Of a DNA stretch of 39,145 bases, positions 10,929 to 22,282 are shown piece after piece. The stretch is from the NCBI RefSeq assembly GCF_001194135.2, contig NC_068984.1, positions 117,313,378 through 117,352,522 on the forward strand, given 5' to 3'. The translations under genes were made by a program, and so were the position numbers. Each line of letters opens with the position of its first letter. Positions within the stretch are counted from its first letter, which is position 1. The notes beneath the pieces are model-generated. The model saw only the letters and a list, made by a program, of their open reading frames with translations. It was not told the DNA's origin and did no database searches. The DNA is from Octopus bimaculoides. Its lineage: Eukaryota.

Positions 10929-11238
10929 AGTGCAAGGCTCAGTGGTTAGAGCATCAGTGAGTTCAATTCCCAGACTGGGCTATGTGTTGTGTTCTTGAGC
11001 AAGACACTTTATTTCATGCTGCTCCAGTTCACTCAGCTGTAGGAATGAGTTGAAATGTCGCTGGTGCCAAGCTGTATCAGCCTTTACCTTTCCATTGGAT
11101 AACATCAGTAGAGAGGGGAGACTAGTATGCATGGGTGACTGCTAGTCTTCCATAAAAATCTTGCCCACTCTTGTGCCCTCAGAGAGTAACCTTCTAGGTG
11201 CAATCCCATGGTTATTCATGACTGAAGGGGGTCTTTAC
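10929..11238 (+). mobile_element. tRNA-derived SINE sharing the central domain of the 2210-2529 element but with a different tail
   Basis: agtggttagagc A-box, gagttcaattcc B-box, then gtgttcttgagcaagacactttatttcatgctgctccagttcactcagctg. Confidence 0.75.
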
Positions 11239-12448
11239 AGTGGGTATCCCTTTATCGAAAAGGCTTAGAAATGGAGTTATTCTGGGACTTCAGATTGTTT
11301 ATCATATTTCGAAGTGGTGTATTTGCATCTATAAAATAAGACAGCTAGACATAGGACCCAAAGCAAATCATGTTTTCCATTTCTATTTCATATTACAACT
11401 TTTACATAAGTCATGTAACCCATTTACTATTTCTGTGATATCCTCCTTTCCTCAATGCCCTAAGCACTTACTTATTTTGCTTAATGGTTAATCCATTAAG
11501 GTGTATGTTGAGTGCACATACTAAGCTTAAAGTAGGTAATGAGAAAAGAAATACAACACACTCACGCACACACGAGACAGAGAGAGAGAAAGAATCATAG
11601 AGACAGTGGAAAAAGAGGAGAAGTAGAAAAGGGAGTAAATGAAAGAGTAATTAAGATGTATTTTTCTTTTGAAAATTAGAGTTCATTTCATCATTTTAAA
11701 TAAGAACCAAAAAATTTGATTGAAGTTAAATTATGAATATAATCGTTGCATTTATGCCATATTTTTTTTATATTACCTATTGTGGCCAAAATATACTTCT
11801 GAAATTACACGCCATAAGATGAATAACACCCTAATATTTTAATAAACATTATAATTCCCCATTTGCAGTTTTACCTCCTTGCTAAATCTTTGAAAATCAT
11901 ACTTATAGGGGAACTATAGAACTATAATTCAGCTTACCTAAGTTGCCAATACCTCTTGGACTAGACTTGAGGAAAACTAATTAACAAGTGAGTATTTCTG
12001 GAAAAATTATTTGAGGTACATCAGCAAATCTAACTGTACTTGAGGTATATTAGCGAGTAGAACTTCAATTAACTGTCATGGAAAATGAATCTCTCACAAG
12101 GTTTCTCTCCCTTATGTAAAAATCGTAATTTTTTTTCCTTATGTTGTGATTCATATTATATACATATTTCAGGGGCTTGGTGGATAGTATTCGGAGTTTT
12201 TTTTTAATTTTATATTATTATATATTATATAATAAACTTTCATTACAAATATTTTGAGACAAACATAGTGTTATGACATTGTATATCAATATTCTAATTA
12301 TTGATTTTCAATTCTCTCTCTGACAGATTTTGTAATCTAATTTGGAAGAATAATCATTTTCTTTCTGTTCGGCATTATTCTGCATAATTTTTTTCTTCAA
12401 AATTTACAACTTAGACTTTTATATGTGTGTGTGTGTGTGTGTGTGTGT

Positions 12449-12826
12449 ATCATCATCATCATCATCGTTTAAAGTCCGCTTTCCATGCTGGCATGGGTTG
12501 GATGATTTGACTGAGGACTGGCGAACTAGATGGCTGCACCAGGCTCCAGTCTGATCTGGCAGAGTTTCTACAGCTGGATGTCCTTCCTAACACCAACCAC
12601 TCCGAGAGTGTAGTGGGTGCTTTTACGTGCCACTGGCACGAGGGCCAGTCAGGCGGTACTGGCAATGGCCACGCTCAAATGGTGTTTTTTGCATGCCACC
12701 TGCACAGGAGCCAGTCCAGCAGCACTGGCAATGACCTCACTTGAATGTTTTTTCACGTGCCACCGGCACAAGCACCAGTTAGGGGACGCTGGTAATGATC
12801 ATGCTCAAATGGTGTTTTTTACATGT
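12449..12826 (-). mobile_element. RTE-tailed SINE family D with three ~65-bp internal tandem units
   Basis: (CAT)n-cgtttaaagtccgctttccatgct...; repeated gtgccac..gcac..gccagtc..ggcactggcaa units. Confidence 0.9.
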
Positions 12827-12919
12827 CTCAAAGGATGACGTAAAAAATAATCTGAATAATTACAATCTAATTTTTAATAAGAGTTTTACAAAAGCGAATT
12901 TTAAAAACTGTATTTTGTT

Positions 12920-14030
12920 ATAAAACAGCCATTCACTGGTCCAGCATAGTCGATATGTAACCTAGACCATGGTTTCTCAGTCTCTGGCTATAATTGATAT
13001 TTTACTGGCAGGGCTTTGGCTGCAAGTGTGCAACTTCAACAAGTTCTCACCAAATTTTCGATATTCTGGTCCATAGTCAGCTAACAGATGTAGCTCCTCA
13101 TCAGAGCTTTCATCCTCAACATTCCCACATGTCTGCTGTGGAATTGCTGCAATACATGTTTTTGCAATGTTGCCAGTACTACAACTCTTTGCTGATGCAT
13201 CAAAACATCATCACATATTGAGAAACTACTCGAATTTGTATTTTTATTCTGCTTATTTTTTAAAGCTTTTTTCATTTTTGTAACATACTCCTCACCTGCA
13301 GATTTCCTTCTTATATCCCATGCAGTCACTGGCAGTTCTTGGATAACATTAGTTATAATACTTTTTATTTCATTTTCTGCCTGCAGTGCAGCTATAATGG
13401 TATCTTCTAGTGGTTCTGTATTTTGGGAAAATTAGTCTCAATAGACAGTTCTCATGACCAATTTTTTTCAATGAAATATACTGTATTTTGAAATTGTAAT
13501 TTAATAATACTATATCCCAACATTATAGTCGGTTCACTGTATGGGTAGATAATCCTTTCTTTGACTTATAAATTGATAGCAATGGTTGATGATCTGTTTG
13601 CAACAGTAAACTTCTACCATGTAGAAACCTGTGAAATTTGTTCACAGCAAGGATAATCGATAGGGTTTCTTTTTCTATCTGAATGTACTTTTTCTCTGCT
13701 GCTATCAGCGAGCATGAAACATGAATCATTGGTTTCGTACTTCCATCTTTATACTTGCATAGCCAAACTGCTCCAATTCCAAAATCCAAAGCATCAGATG
13801 CAACAACAATGTCCATTTCAGGATTGAAATGCACTAGAGACAAATCTGCAATTAGAATTTTTTTTATTTCTTCAAATGTGCATTGGCATTTAACCAACCA
13901 ATTCCACTTTACTTTCTTTTTAAATAAGTCGTTCTATGGAGCTCTTAATTTGCACATGTTAGGAATGTAGTTTTGGTAGTAGCTTGCCAGCCCCAAAAAA
14001 CACTTGTAATGTTCATATATTTGTCAGAGC
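12920..14030 (-). pseudogene. Ty3/Gypsy pol relic: RT C-terminus, RNase H, integrase zinc finger and start of integrase core
   Basis: FLGLASYYQNYIPNM; VASDALDFGIGAV...YIQIEKETLSIILAVNKFHRFLHGRSLLLQTDHQPLL; LQQFHSRHVGMLRMKALMRSY...LVRTC*SC; KPWSRLHIDYAGP. Contains stops and frameshifts. Confidence 0.93.
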
Positions 14031-14389
14031 ATTGAGCATGATCGTTACCAACGTCACCCTCCTGGCATTTGTGCCAGTGGCACGTGAAAAGATATTCGAG
14101 CGAGTTCGTTGCCAGTACTGCTGGACTGGCTCCTGTGCTGGTGGCACGTAAAATACACCATTTCGAGTGTGGCCATTGCCAGTACCTCCTGACTGGCCTT
14201 TGTGCCGGTGGCATGTAAAGGCACCCACTACACTCTCGGAGTGGTTGATGTTAGGAAGAGCATCCAGCTGTAGAAACTCTGCCAGATCAGATTGGAGCCT
14301 GGTGCAGCCATCTGGTTCACCAGTCCTCAGTCAAATCGTCCAACCCATGCTAGCATGGAAAGCGGACTTTAAACGATGATGATGATGAT
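14031..14389 (+). mobile_element. RTE-tailed SINE family D inserted in the Gypsy RT
   Basis: Inverted relative to 12449-12826; ends gcggactttaaac-(GAT)n. Confidence 0.9.
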
Positions 14390-14790
14390 TGCTCTAAGTA
14401 CCTAATTTGAGGCAAAAATAAATTCTCATTTTTCTTCACTCAAAGTGAACCTGTACTTTTAATTTTCATGAACACAACTTTTATATGTTCCACATGCAGT
14501 TTGCACAAATTACTCTTAATCAGTATATCGTCCAAATAAGGGATTGCAGATTCATAATCAGATAACATAGTATCCATGATTTGCTGAAATTTTGCTGGTG
14601 CAATATTTAATCCAAAAGGTACTGGGTATATCTGTACAATCCTCTATGTGTATTTATTGTCAGCTACTTTGAGTGTCTGTCATTTACTTTAATCTGTAAA
14701 TAAGCATCAGACATCCAATGTGCAGATAATTTTTCCACCATTTGATTTTGCGAAAATGTCCTCTGGAGTTGAGAGTGGATGGTGGTATGT
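14390..14790 (-). pseudogene. Ty3/Gypsy reverse transcriptase core relic (YLDD)
   Basis: Minus-strand translation TYHHPLSTPEDIFAK..SDAYLQIKV..LTINTHRGLY..FGLNIAPAKFQQIMDTML..AIPYLDDILIK..PQIRYL; this segment is absent from the supplied ORF track. Confidence 0.9.
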
Positions 14791-14798
14791 CTTTTAGC

Positions 14799-17550
14799 CA
14801 GTGTTTTTCGAACTCTTCTGGTTAGTGACGTTAATTATTTTAATATGATCTACAATAGTTATAAGATGTTGATACATAAACTAATTCTAATAGCAGAATA
14901 TGTCGAGAAAACCTTTCGTTTATATTTTATAAATATATAATGTGTAAGCAAAACAAAATACATTTTCAAGAGAAATGTGAGTTATCATTTACCAATAATA
15001 ATCAGTAAATATGTGCAAGGATTAATAAAAAAAATAACTTTTATAACTTACTATTTCAGTGAGATACATGAGTTTGATGGGAAGAACAGAGATTTTGGGT
15101 ATTAGGTGGAATAGTAGATAATGACATTCGCATTTCACTATCAAGCATTTTCAAGTTTCCACATTTCGATGTCTTGCAAATATATGTAGTAGAAAACTGC
15201 AAAAGAATTTGTAAAGCTTTTTCAGCTAGGTTTGGATGCTTCTTTGAAACACGAATCCAAAAGTTCTGTAAGTTACCCATTTCATAAATCAATAATAGAC
15301 ACCTATTATTCTTGATTTCAGCTAGTTCTTCTTTGGTAAGTGAAAAATCAATCATTGCAGTTGCAAGAAATGGATTTCTGATCAAATTGTAGTTGTTTTG
15401 ATTTCAATATTTGGAAAATAATAATCAAGTTTTTCTCTAAGCAATGTTAAATGGTCAACAATTAACAAGCTGGTCTCACATTTTGACTTTCACTCACAAG
15501 TTTTGGAAAACATTTCAAAATTTCTTTCTTTTACTTTGTGTTTCCAAATTGTTATCTTGTCTCTCATTGCACAAATTTTATCAGCTGATGTTAAAGTATT
15601 TTCTGCTTTCCTTTGAATACATGTGCTAATTTTATTCAAATGTTTAAATGTATCCAAAAGATATACCAATTTTGTGCACCAAAGTTTGTCTTGAATCAGA
15701 TCGTGGAATTCATTTTTTGATTTTCTTCAAAAAGTTTAAGCATCATTTCTCTCAATTCATATACATGGCAAAACACGATCTTTTGAAAGCCAATGAACCA
15801 CTGTGTGTAGTAGATGTTTCTTGAAATTTGCTCCCATTTCTTCACAACTATGAGCAGATAATCTTGACTTAAAAGGTTTACTTTTGATGTAATTGACCAT
15901 TTGAATCACTTCATTTATCATCTCTAACAGTTTGTGCAAGTAAGGCTTTGCAATGCAAAAACAATAAGTAATTATAATGTATGTATACCCATTTTTAGCT
16001 AAAGTTATAAAACCTTTTACTTAACCTACCATTGAGAGCGTGCCATTTGTGCATATTTCTACATGCTTTAACCACAACAAATTATTTTCCTTCATGAAAG
16101 AATTTAAAGGTTGAAAATTGTCTTCACTTCTAGTTCTCAATGGAAGTTCTAGACAACACAAGAATTGCTCAATAATTCTGTCATTATAAATGAAATGTAT
16201 AAAAATCATCAGTTGTGCTAACCCATTGTGAACTGTTGATTCATCTAACTGCAATGCAAACATCATGTTATCTTGAAAAATATCCTTCATTTGCAGCTTA
16301 ATGTCATTAGACATGTCTTGAATTGGTCTTTCAAATGTATTATCTGCCAGAGAAATTTTATTAACTTCTATCTCAATTTTGGGTCCAAGCATTGATTAAA
16401 CAATAGCATAGCAAGATTTCTTTATAGCACTTTCAGCAATACTATGTCTTTCCTTGTTTTTGGCATTTATTTGAGCAACCAAGTAACTGCCTCTGGTCTG
16501 ATGTCTTCATTCTTTTTGTGAACATTGCAGCCTGCCTTTTTGGAGATTTTGAAAGTTTAGTGAAGAATTCCACTGGTTTTGTTGACAAATTTCCATGCCT
16601 AGTACTGAAATGACACTTTAATTTGTTTGGTACCATATTTTTGTTTGCAAGTATATCCCCACAAGCTAAACACAGGGCACTAGAGTCGTTTTCATTTTTA
16701 GAAAATGTGAAGCCAAGTTTTATATAATCTTTGTTGTATAAATGAGGCTTAAAAACTTTTCCTGTGCCCTTCTCACTCACTGATGCAGGTCAGTCAACAG
16801 CTGTTTGGTTTCCTTTGTAGCTGTTAAATTTTGTTCATTGGAAATGTCATCTGCAATTTTTCATTTCTTAATTAAAAACTTATTCATTTTATGGGTAATT
16901 TAATTACAGTTTATGAATAAAACTAAGCTGATTTATCATAACATTATAATAACTAAACATGTAATTAATATTACCAGCACTAAGCATGATAAAATTAGAA
17001 ATGGCACGTTGCAATTAATTAGAACACCTGGTTCCTAAGGCTAAGCCTGTGAAACTGATGAACAAGGGGCAAGTGTAACATGAGTTTAATGTGATTTCAT
17101 AATTATAAGTTCACCCGCGGAAATGCATAATACTAGTACAGGTGAGCAATAACTTTAGGCAATTTGAAAGTAGATCCAGTGTGTTTCACTCACTAAAACA
17201 AGTGTGGATTTGAAAATTTTAAATTTATTTTCAGTTTACTTTGGACAAGAGAATAACGCTTGCAATACGTTAATTCTTTCACACTGAATGAAAATGAGCA
17301 TCATATATGGAAGATTATTTGTGCCTTTTTGTCTTTTTTGTCTTTTTTCATCTCACCTCCAAACATTAAGTGGGAAACAGCTGGTAGGTACATGCATTGA
17401 CATGTTCACAGTGTTAATAAATAAATTCTGAAAAGCTGAAGCAAATTGGTATTGGGTATTTTATATACTGGTTTCCCATACACTTGCGACACACCTACGT
17501 CCTGCTGGTGACACACTAATGTGTTGCGATACATAGTTTGGAGAACACTG
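14799..17550 (-). mobile_element. Full-length (2752 bp) hAT DNA transposon, Buster/Charlie type, inactive
   Basis: TIRs cagtgtttttcgaact and cagtgttctccaaact; degenerate 8-bp TSD cttttagc / ctttaggc; subterminal gacaca repeats at 17485-17530. Confidence 0.93.
15056..16887 (-). pseudogene. Fragmented hAT transposase (BED zinc finger, DDE core, C-terminal dimerisation domain; ZBED5/SCAND3-like family)
   Basis: CLACGDILANKNMVPNKLKCHFSTRH; FALQLDEST; ICTNGTLSMVG; MVNYIKSKP..LLHTVVHWLSK; FWIRVSKKHPNLAEKALQILLQFSTTYIC. Broken across several frames. Confidence 0.92.
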
Positions 17551-17840
17551 CTTTAGGCAATCCTGTAGAGAAGTCGGCTCACAGCCTAATCTTACTTTTC
17601 TTTTGAATGCACACCATGGGCGCTGCTCACTTAGAGTAATCCACTTTTTTAATAATTCCACTCTTTACGGGTCTGCTTAACTCTTCATTTATGACTTCAG
17701 TTGCTACAAATGGTGCTTTTGTTAGATTTAAATACAGGCTCAGCGTTTTCACTTACTTGAAAGCAGACTTTAGTCTTTTTACATAGACCTAAGTCCTCCA
17801 ATAGTACTTGAGGAAACATCTTTTTCAATTTTCTCTTTAT
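17551..17840 (-). pseudogene. Ty3/Gypsy RT N-terminal relic, continuing across the hAT insertion
   Basis: KLKKMFPQVLLEDLGLCKKTK..EPVFK..APF..INEEL..GII..VDYS..AAPMV..IRL*ADFS..DCLK, with frameshifts. Confidence 0.8.
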
Positions 17841-18233
17841 TCTTTTACTCTTTTACCTGTTTCAGTCATTTGACTGCGGCCATGCTGGAGCACCCCCTTT
17901 AGTCGAGCAAACCGACCCCAAGATTTATTCTTTGTGTTGTATTCCTCTCGGGGGACTCGCAGAGAAAAGACAACGAGTTGTACAGTTTAGTTATTACATT
18001 TATTATTAAATTATATACAAAGAACGCACTCACCGAATGTTCGTTATTAAGAAACAAAAATCATGTCTTCGCCATATATATCAATAACATTCGACTTCCA
18101 CAGTCATTCAAAACAACAATGAAACAAGGACCTCAGACGAACTACATTGAAACACAGGACCTCAGACGAACACAAATCTAACAGTCCGTATAACACTTTC
18201 TAAGCCTAGTACTTATTCTATCGGTCTCTTTTG
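17841..18233 (-). mobile_element. SINE family A tail fragment split by a solo LTR
   Basis: ...gcggccatgctggagcac...ttattctttg [insert] ctttc taagcctagtacttattctatcggtctctttt rejoins to the tail seen at 21960-22060. Confidence 0.85.
17935..18195 (-). mobile_element. Probable solo LTR (261 bp)
   Basis: TGTTGTAT...GTATAACA termini, 5-bp TSD ctttg/ctttc, AATAAA on the minus strand, internal aggacctcagacgaac direct repeat. Confidence 0.75.
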
Positions 18234-18289
18234 GTTGTTCTTTCCAGGTCATCACATTTGTATTTTTCCAGAATCTTTCTCTTGAATTT

Positions 18290-18460
18290 TTTCACATCAT
18301 GCTTCAAGTTTACCATTGTTTGACATTCTTCTGCAATGGTCTGTTGGGTTAAGTAAGACAATACCATCCATGTCAGTACTTGAGTGACACTTTATTCTCA
18401 ACTGACTACTGGGGTTGATGGTATCATCTGAAACCCTTCATTGAAAACCACTGGTTTTGT
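18290..18460 (-). pseudogene. Probable Gypsy gag remnant
   Basis: LTQQTIAEECQTMVNLKHD resembles the gag C-terminal helix of K02A2.6-like Gypsy polyproteins (recalled, unverified); position upstream of RT fits. Confidence 0.5.
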
Positions 18461-18559
18461 GCCTAAATCAGAAACCAAAGTGAGACTCATGAAAAAAAAA
18501 TCCAGTTAATTAAAACTTTGTTTCTTTTTTGACGCATAATTTTTTTTATCTGTTATCTT

Positions 18560-18780
18560 TGTCTTGTTTCAGCTGCTGGACTGAGGCCATGCTGGAGTAC
18601 CAGTTTGGAGAGCCCAGTTGAACAAATCGACTCTATTACTTAGGTTTTTAAGTCTGGTACTTTACTGTGAGTTCCTATTGCTGAACCACTAAGTTATGGG
18701 GACATGAATGAACCAACACCAGTGGCCATGCAGTGGTGGAGGGCAAATACAAATACACACACACACACACACATACAAAC
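18560..18780 (-). mobile_element. SINE family A tail, diverged
   Basis: ttgtttcag..ggccatgctggagtacc...gctgaaccactaagttatggggacatg..accaacacc then (CA)n. Confidence 0.7.
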
Positions 18781-19169
18781 ACATTAGGTTATCAGATCAA
18801 TTCATTTAACTTTTCTCCCATTCATTTTAATCTTTTCTAATATTATTTACACAAAAAATATTTTTGCCGTAGAGTTTCATGGGTTTTTTTTATAGCACAT
18901 TTTTTCCATTACAACTTTTAACTATCGTTTTCAAATTTGAATAAATTTGACCTGTTTTCATATATATAGAGAGCCAATTAAAAAAAAAAAGGAATTAATT
19001 TATCTGACAATCCAAGACAGACAAAAAAAAGATAGACAGACAGAAAGATTTTCAAAATTCTCTTTATGGTGCTCAAGGTTTTGAATATTTCTTTGTGAGA
19101 GAGTGTTTGTTCCATAATTAAGATTGCTGAATGCATATCAAACAAACTTGTTTTGTTAGGTTAAACATA

Positions 19170-19312
19170 TCAGAGTGGTTGTGTGGTAAGAAGTTTGCTT
19201 CCCAACCTCATGGCTTTGGGTTCAGCTCCACTGCATGGCACCTTGGGCAAATGTCTTTTATCATAGCCTTGTGCTGATCAAAGCCTTGTGAAGGAAATTG
19301 AAAGAAACCTGT
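19170..19312 (+). mobile_element. SINE family A head, diverged
   Basis: gagtggttgtgtggtaagaagtttgcttcccaac...ggcaccttgggcaaatgtctt. Confidence 0.8.
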
Positions 19313-19455
19313 CATATATACATATATATACCTTTTTAATTTGTTTATGGGATACATTTTGAATATGCAAATAAAGGTCCTATTCTATTATGTTGGTCAC
19401 ATTCTATGATGCCAATTGGTGAACCAGTTTTTTGGGGTTACATGTGATTTGTGGA

Positions 19456-19743
19456 AACCGCCTGACTGGCCGTTGTAAGATTTTCGAGCGAGATCGTTGC
19501 CAGTGCCCCTGGACTGGCTCTTGTGCGAGTGGCACGTAAAATACACCGTTTTGAGCATGGCCGTTGCCAGTATCGCCTGACTGGCCTTCATGCCGGTGGC
19601 ACGTAANNNNNNNNNNAGCTGTAGAAACTCTGTCAAATCAGATTGGAGCTTGGTGTAGCCATCTGGTTTCACCAGTCCTCAGTCAAATCGTCCAACCCAT
19701 GCTAGCATGGAAAGCGGACGTTAAACGATGATGATGATGATGA
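19456..19743 (+). mobile_element. RTE-tailed SINE family D (10-N gap in the tandem-unit region)
   Basis: Ends catggaaagcggacgttaaac-(GAT)n. Confidence 0.88.
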
Positions 19744-19889
19744 TGCATAGTGATGCATTAAATATTTATGCAATGAGTATCAACTCAACGCTGGGGTCAA
19801 TATAATTGATTCATCCCCTCCCCCCAAATGGCTGCCCTTGTGGCAAAATTTGAAACCATTACTAATATATATATATATATATATATATA

Positions 19890-20098
19890 CGTGTGTTTTT
19901 GTCCCTCACCACTGCTTGACAACCAGTGTTGGTTTGTTTACATCTCTGTAACTTTGTAATTCAGCAAAAGAACAATAGAAGAAGTACCAGACTCACAAAA
20001 GAAGGTATTGGTGTGGATTCATTCAGCCTAAAGTCCTCAAGGTGGTGCCCCAGTATGGCCACAATCTAATGACTGAAACACATAAAATATAAAAGATA
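19890..20098 (+). mobile_element. SINE family A tail
   Basis: tttgtccctcaccactgcttgacaaccagtgttgg...ggtggtgccccagtatggccac..atgactgaaac. Confidence 0.75.
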
Positions 20099-20748
20099 TA
20101 TCAATTATGTCTATAATTTTACTCTATGTTTAATGTTGTGGAAAATGTAACACATATATATTTGTTGTCCTATTATGTTAGAGATACTGATTATGTCTTT
20201 ATTGTCGACCAAATTTCATACACAAGCATTGATCAACCCCCAAGGCTATAACAGAGAATACTCACTGAGTTGGAACCTGATAGCTTGTGATTATACAGCA
20301 AACCTCTTAACCAGACAGCTTACAGTAAACACCAGACATTGACTTTTCTAAGTTGCACTTTTCTATGTTAAGTTAAAAGGTCAGATGTAGTAACCCAATA
20401 CTGCTAGAACTAAGTTTTGGTTCGACTAAACTAATGAAACAGATATTGTTATTGAGACCAACATTTGTATTGGTATACCAGTCGGATGAATGTATGTGTT
20501 TTTGTTTATGTCTAGTTAGCAACAGAGAAAATACCATAAACTAGGCTTATTAACCATTGGGGAAATTAGTCTTAATATCTTAATAATTTTGGACAAATAA
20601 CATATCACTACGTGCAGATTTTTGTATACCAGCATGTTGTATGTGTGTGTGTGAGTGTGTGTGTGTCTGTATATATGTGTGTGTGTATGTGTATACATAC
20701 ATATATATGCATACATATACATATATGTACATACATACACATATTTGT

Positions 20749-20855
20749 AAAAATGAATAGAAATGGCTTTTCCGATAATTTTTCCACTTTAATAATTAGA
20801 TGTTTATAAGTTTAAAGTGGAAAAATTAGCAGAAAAGCCATTTCTATTCATTTTT
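20749..20855. repeat. Near-perfect hairpin (44-bp arms, 42/44 matched, 19-nt loop)
   Basis: aaaaatgaatagaaatggcttttccgataatttttccactttaa versus ttaaagtggaaaaattagcagaaaagccatttctattcattttt. Confidence 0.9.
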
Positions 20856-20959
20856 GAAAATATATAATACTGTACCAATGATTTTTTTTTTCTTATTTAA
20901 CTCTCTTTCTGTCCGTCTGTCTGTCTGTCTCTCTCTCTTTATATATATATGTATGTATG

Positions 20960-21002
<43 letters not shown>

Positions 21003-21029
21003 GTATATATGTATATATATATATATATG

Positions 21030-21077
<48 letters not shown>

Positions 21078-21176
21078 CACACACGCACATACGTAAAAAG
21101 ATGTACATATATAAGCAGTGATCAGTAATTTTACAAAACCGGTATGCTTTTGAATCTCTTTAACAATTCATAATTA

Positions 21177-21337
21177 TCATCATCATCATCATCGTTTAAC
21201 GTCCGCTTTCCATGCTAGCATGGGTTGGACGATTTGACAGAGGACTGGTGAAACCAGATGGCTACACCAGGCTCCAATCTGATCTGGCAGAGTTTCTACA
21301 GCTGGATGCCCTTCCTAACGCCAACCACTCCGAGTGG
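21177..21337 (-). mobile_element. RTE-tailed SINE family D, 5'-truncated
   Basis: (CAT)n-cgtttaacgtccgctttccatgctagcatggg...ctaacgccaaccactccgag. Confidence 0.9.
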
Positions 21338-21689
21338 CTTTTATTACTTTTATTCCTACCTCAGTTCATCTAATTGTATATATCTATCGTTACTTTTCAT
21401 AAAAAGCCTTTACTTTTTTGATTTCCAATGTGCATTTTCTTCTTACTTTCCCCATATATATATATATATATATATATAAATTATGAGTAACAGTTGAGGT
21501 ACAAGTGTCACAATACATAACAGCTGTTTCTAACGAATCCTTTATTGATTAATGAAAACATTACATCATTATAAAGAAATTGTTTTCATCAGATGAATTC
21601 ATGAACTTCAAGATAAAAGACATTCAAAATGATTTAACATAGTTTAAGATCATGGAACAAAACATTTACAGTGATTCTGCTATTATTTC

Positions 21690-22068
21690 AGTAGACTGGC
21701 TGTGTGTTAAGTAGCTTGCTTACCAACCAAATGGTTCCAGATTCAGTCCCACTGTGTAGCGCCTTAGGTAAGTGTCTTCTGCTCTAGCCGTGGCCCGACC
21801 AAAGCCTTGTGGGTGGATTTTGTAGATAGAAACTAGAAGAAGCCTGTCGTACACACACACACACATATATATGTATATGCTTGTGTATCTGTGTTTGTCC
21901 CCTACCACCAATGGTGGTGTGTTTACATCCTTGTAACTTAGCAGTTCAGCAAAAGAGATCAATAGAATAAATACTAGGCTTACAAAAAGTATGTCCTGGG
22001 GTTGATTTGTTCAACTAAAGGCGGTGCTCCAGCATGGCCACAGTTAAATGAGTGGAACAAGTAAAAGA
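21690..22068 (+). mobile_element. Full-length SINE family A (head, internal CA/TA microsatellite, tail)
   Basis: Head matches 1000-1185; tail ends aaaggcggtgctccagcatggccacag...aacaagtaaaaga. Confidence 0.88.
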
Positions 22069-22094
22069 ACTGCAAGCTACTTTGTAATCTCACT

Positions 22095-22282
22095 AGTGCT
22101 GGTGCAATGGAAAAAGCACTCAGTATACTCTGTAAAGTAAGTAGTGTTAGGAATGGCATCCAGCTGTAGAAACCATGCCAAAGCAGAAATTGAAGCTTGA
22201 CACAGTTCTCTAGCTCAGCAGATTCTATCCAGCTCTCTGACCTATGTCGGCATGGAAGACGGATATGATGATGGTGATGATC
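22095..22282 (+). mobile_element. Diverged RTE-tailed SINE (family D relative)
   Basis: gtgttaggaatggcatccagctgtagaaacc...ggcatggaagacgga-(GAT)n. Confidence 0.65.

Noticed and set aside
12620-12826. ~65-bp tandem units resembling a CRISPR-like or minisatellite array (also 14031-14225 and 19456-19606)
   Set aside because: Units are contiguous without unique spacers, and are an internal part of SINE family D in a eukaryotic context with no cas genes.
15056-16887. Domesticated ZBED/SCAND3-like host gene
   Set aside because: Multiple stops and frameshifts, degraded catalytic motifs, and retained TIRs and TSD indicate a dead transposon.
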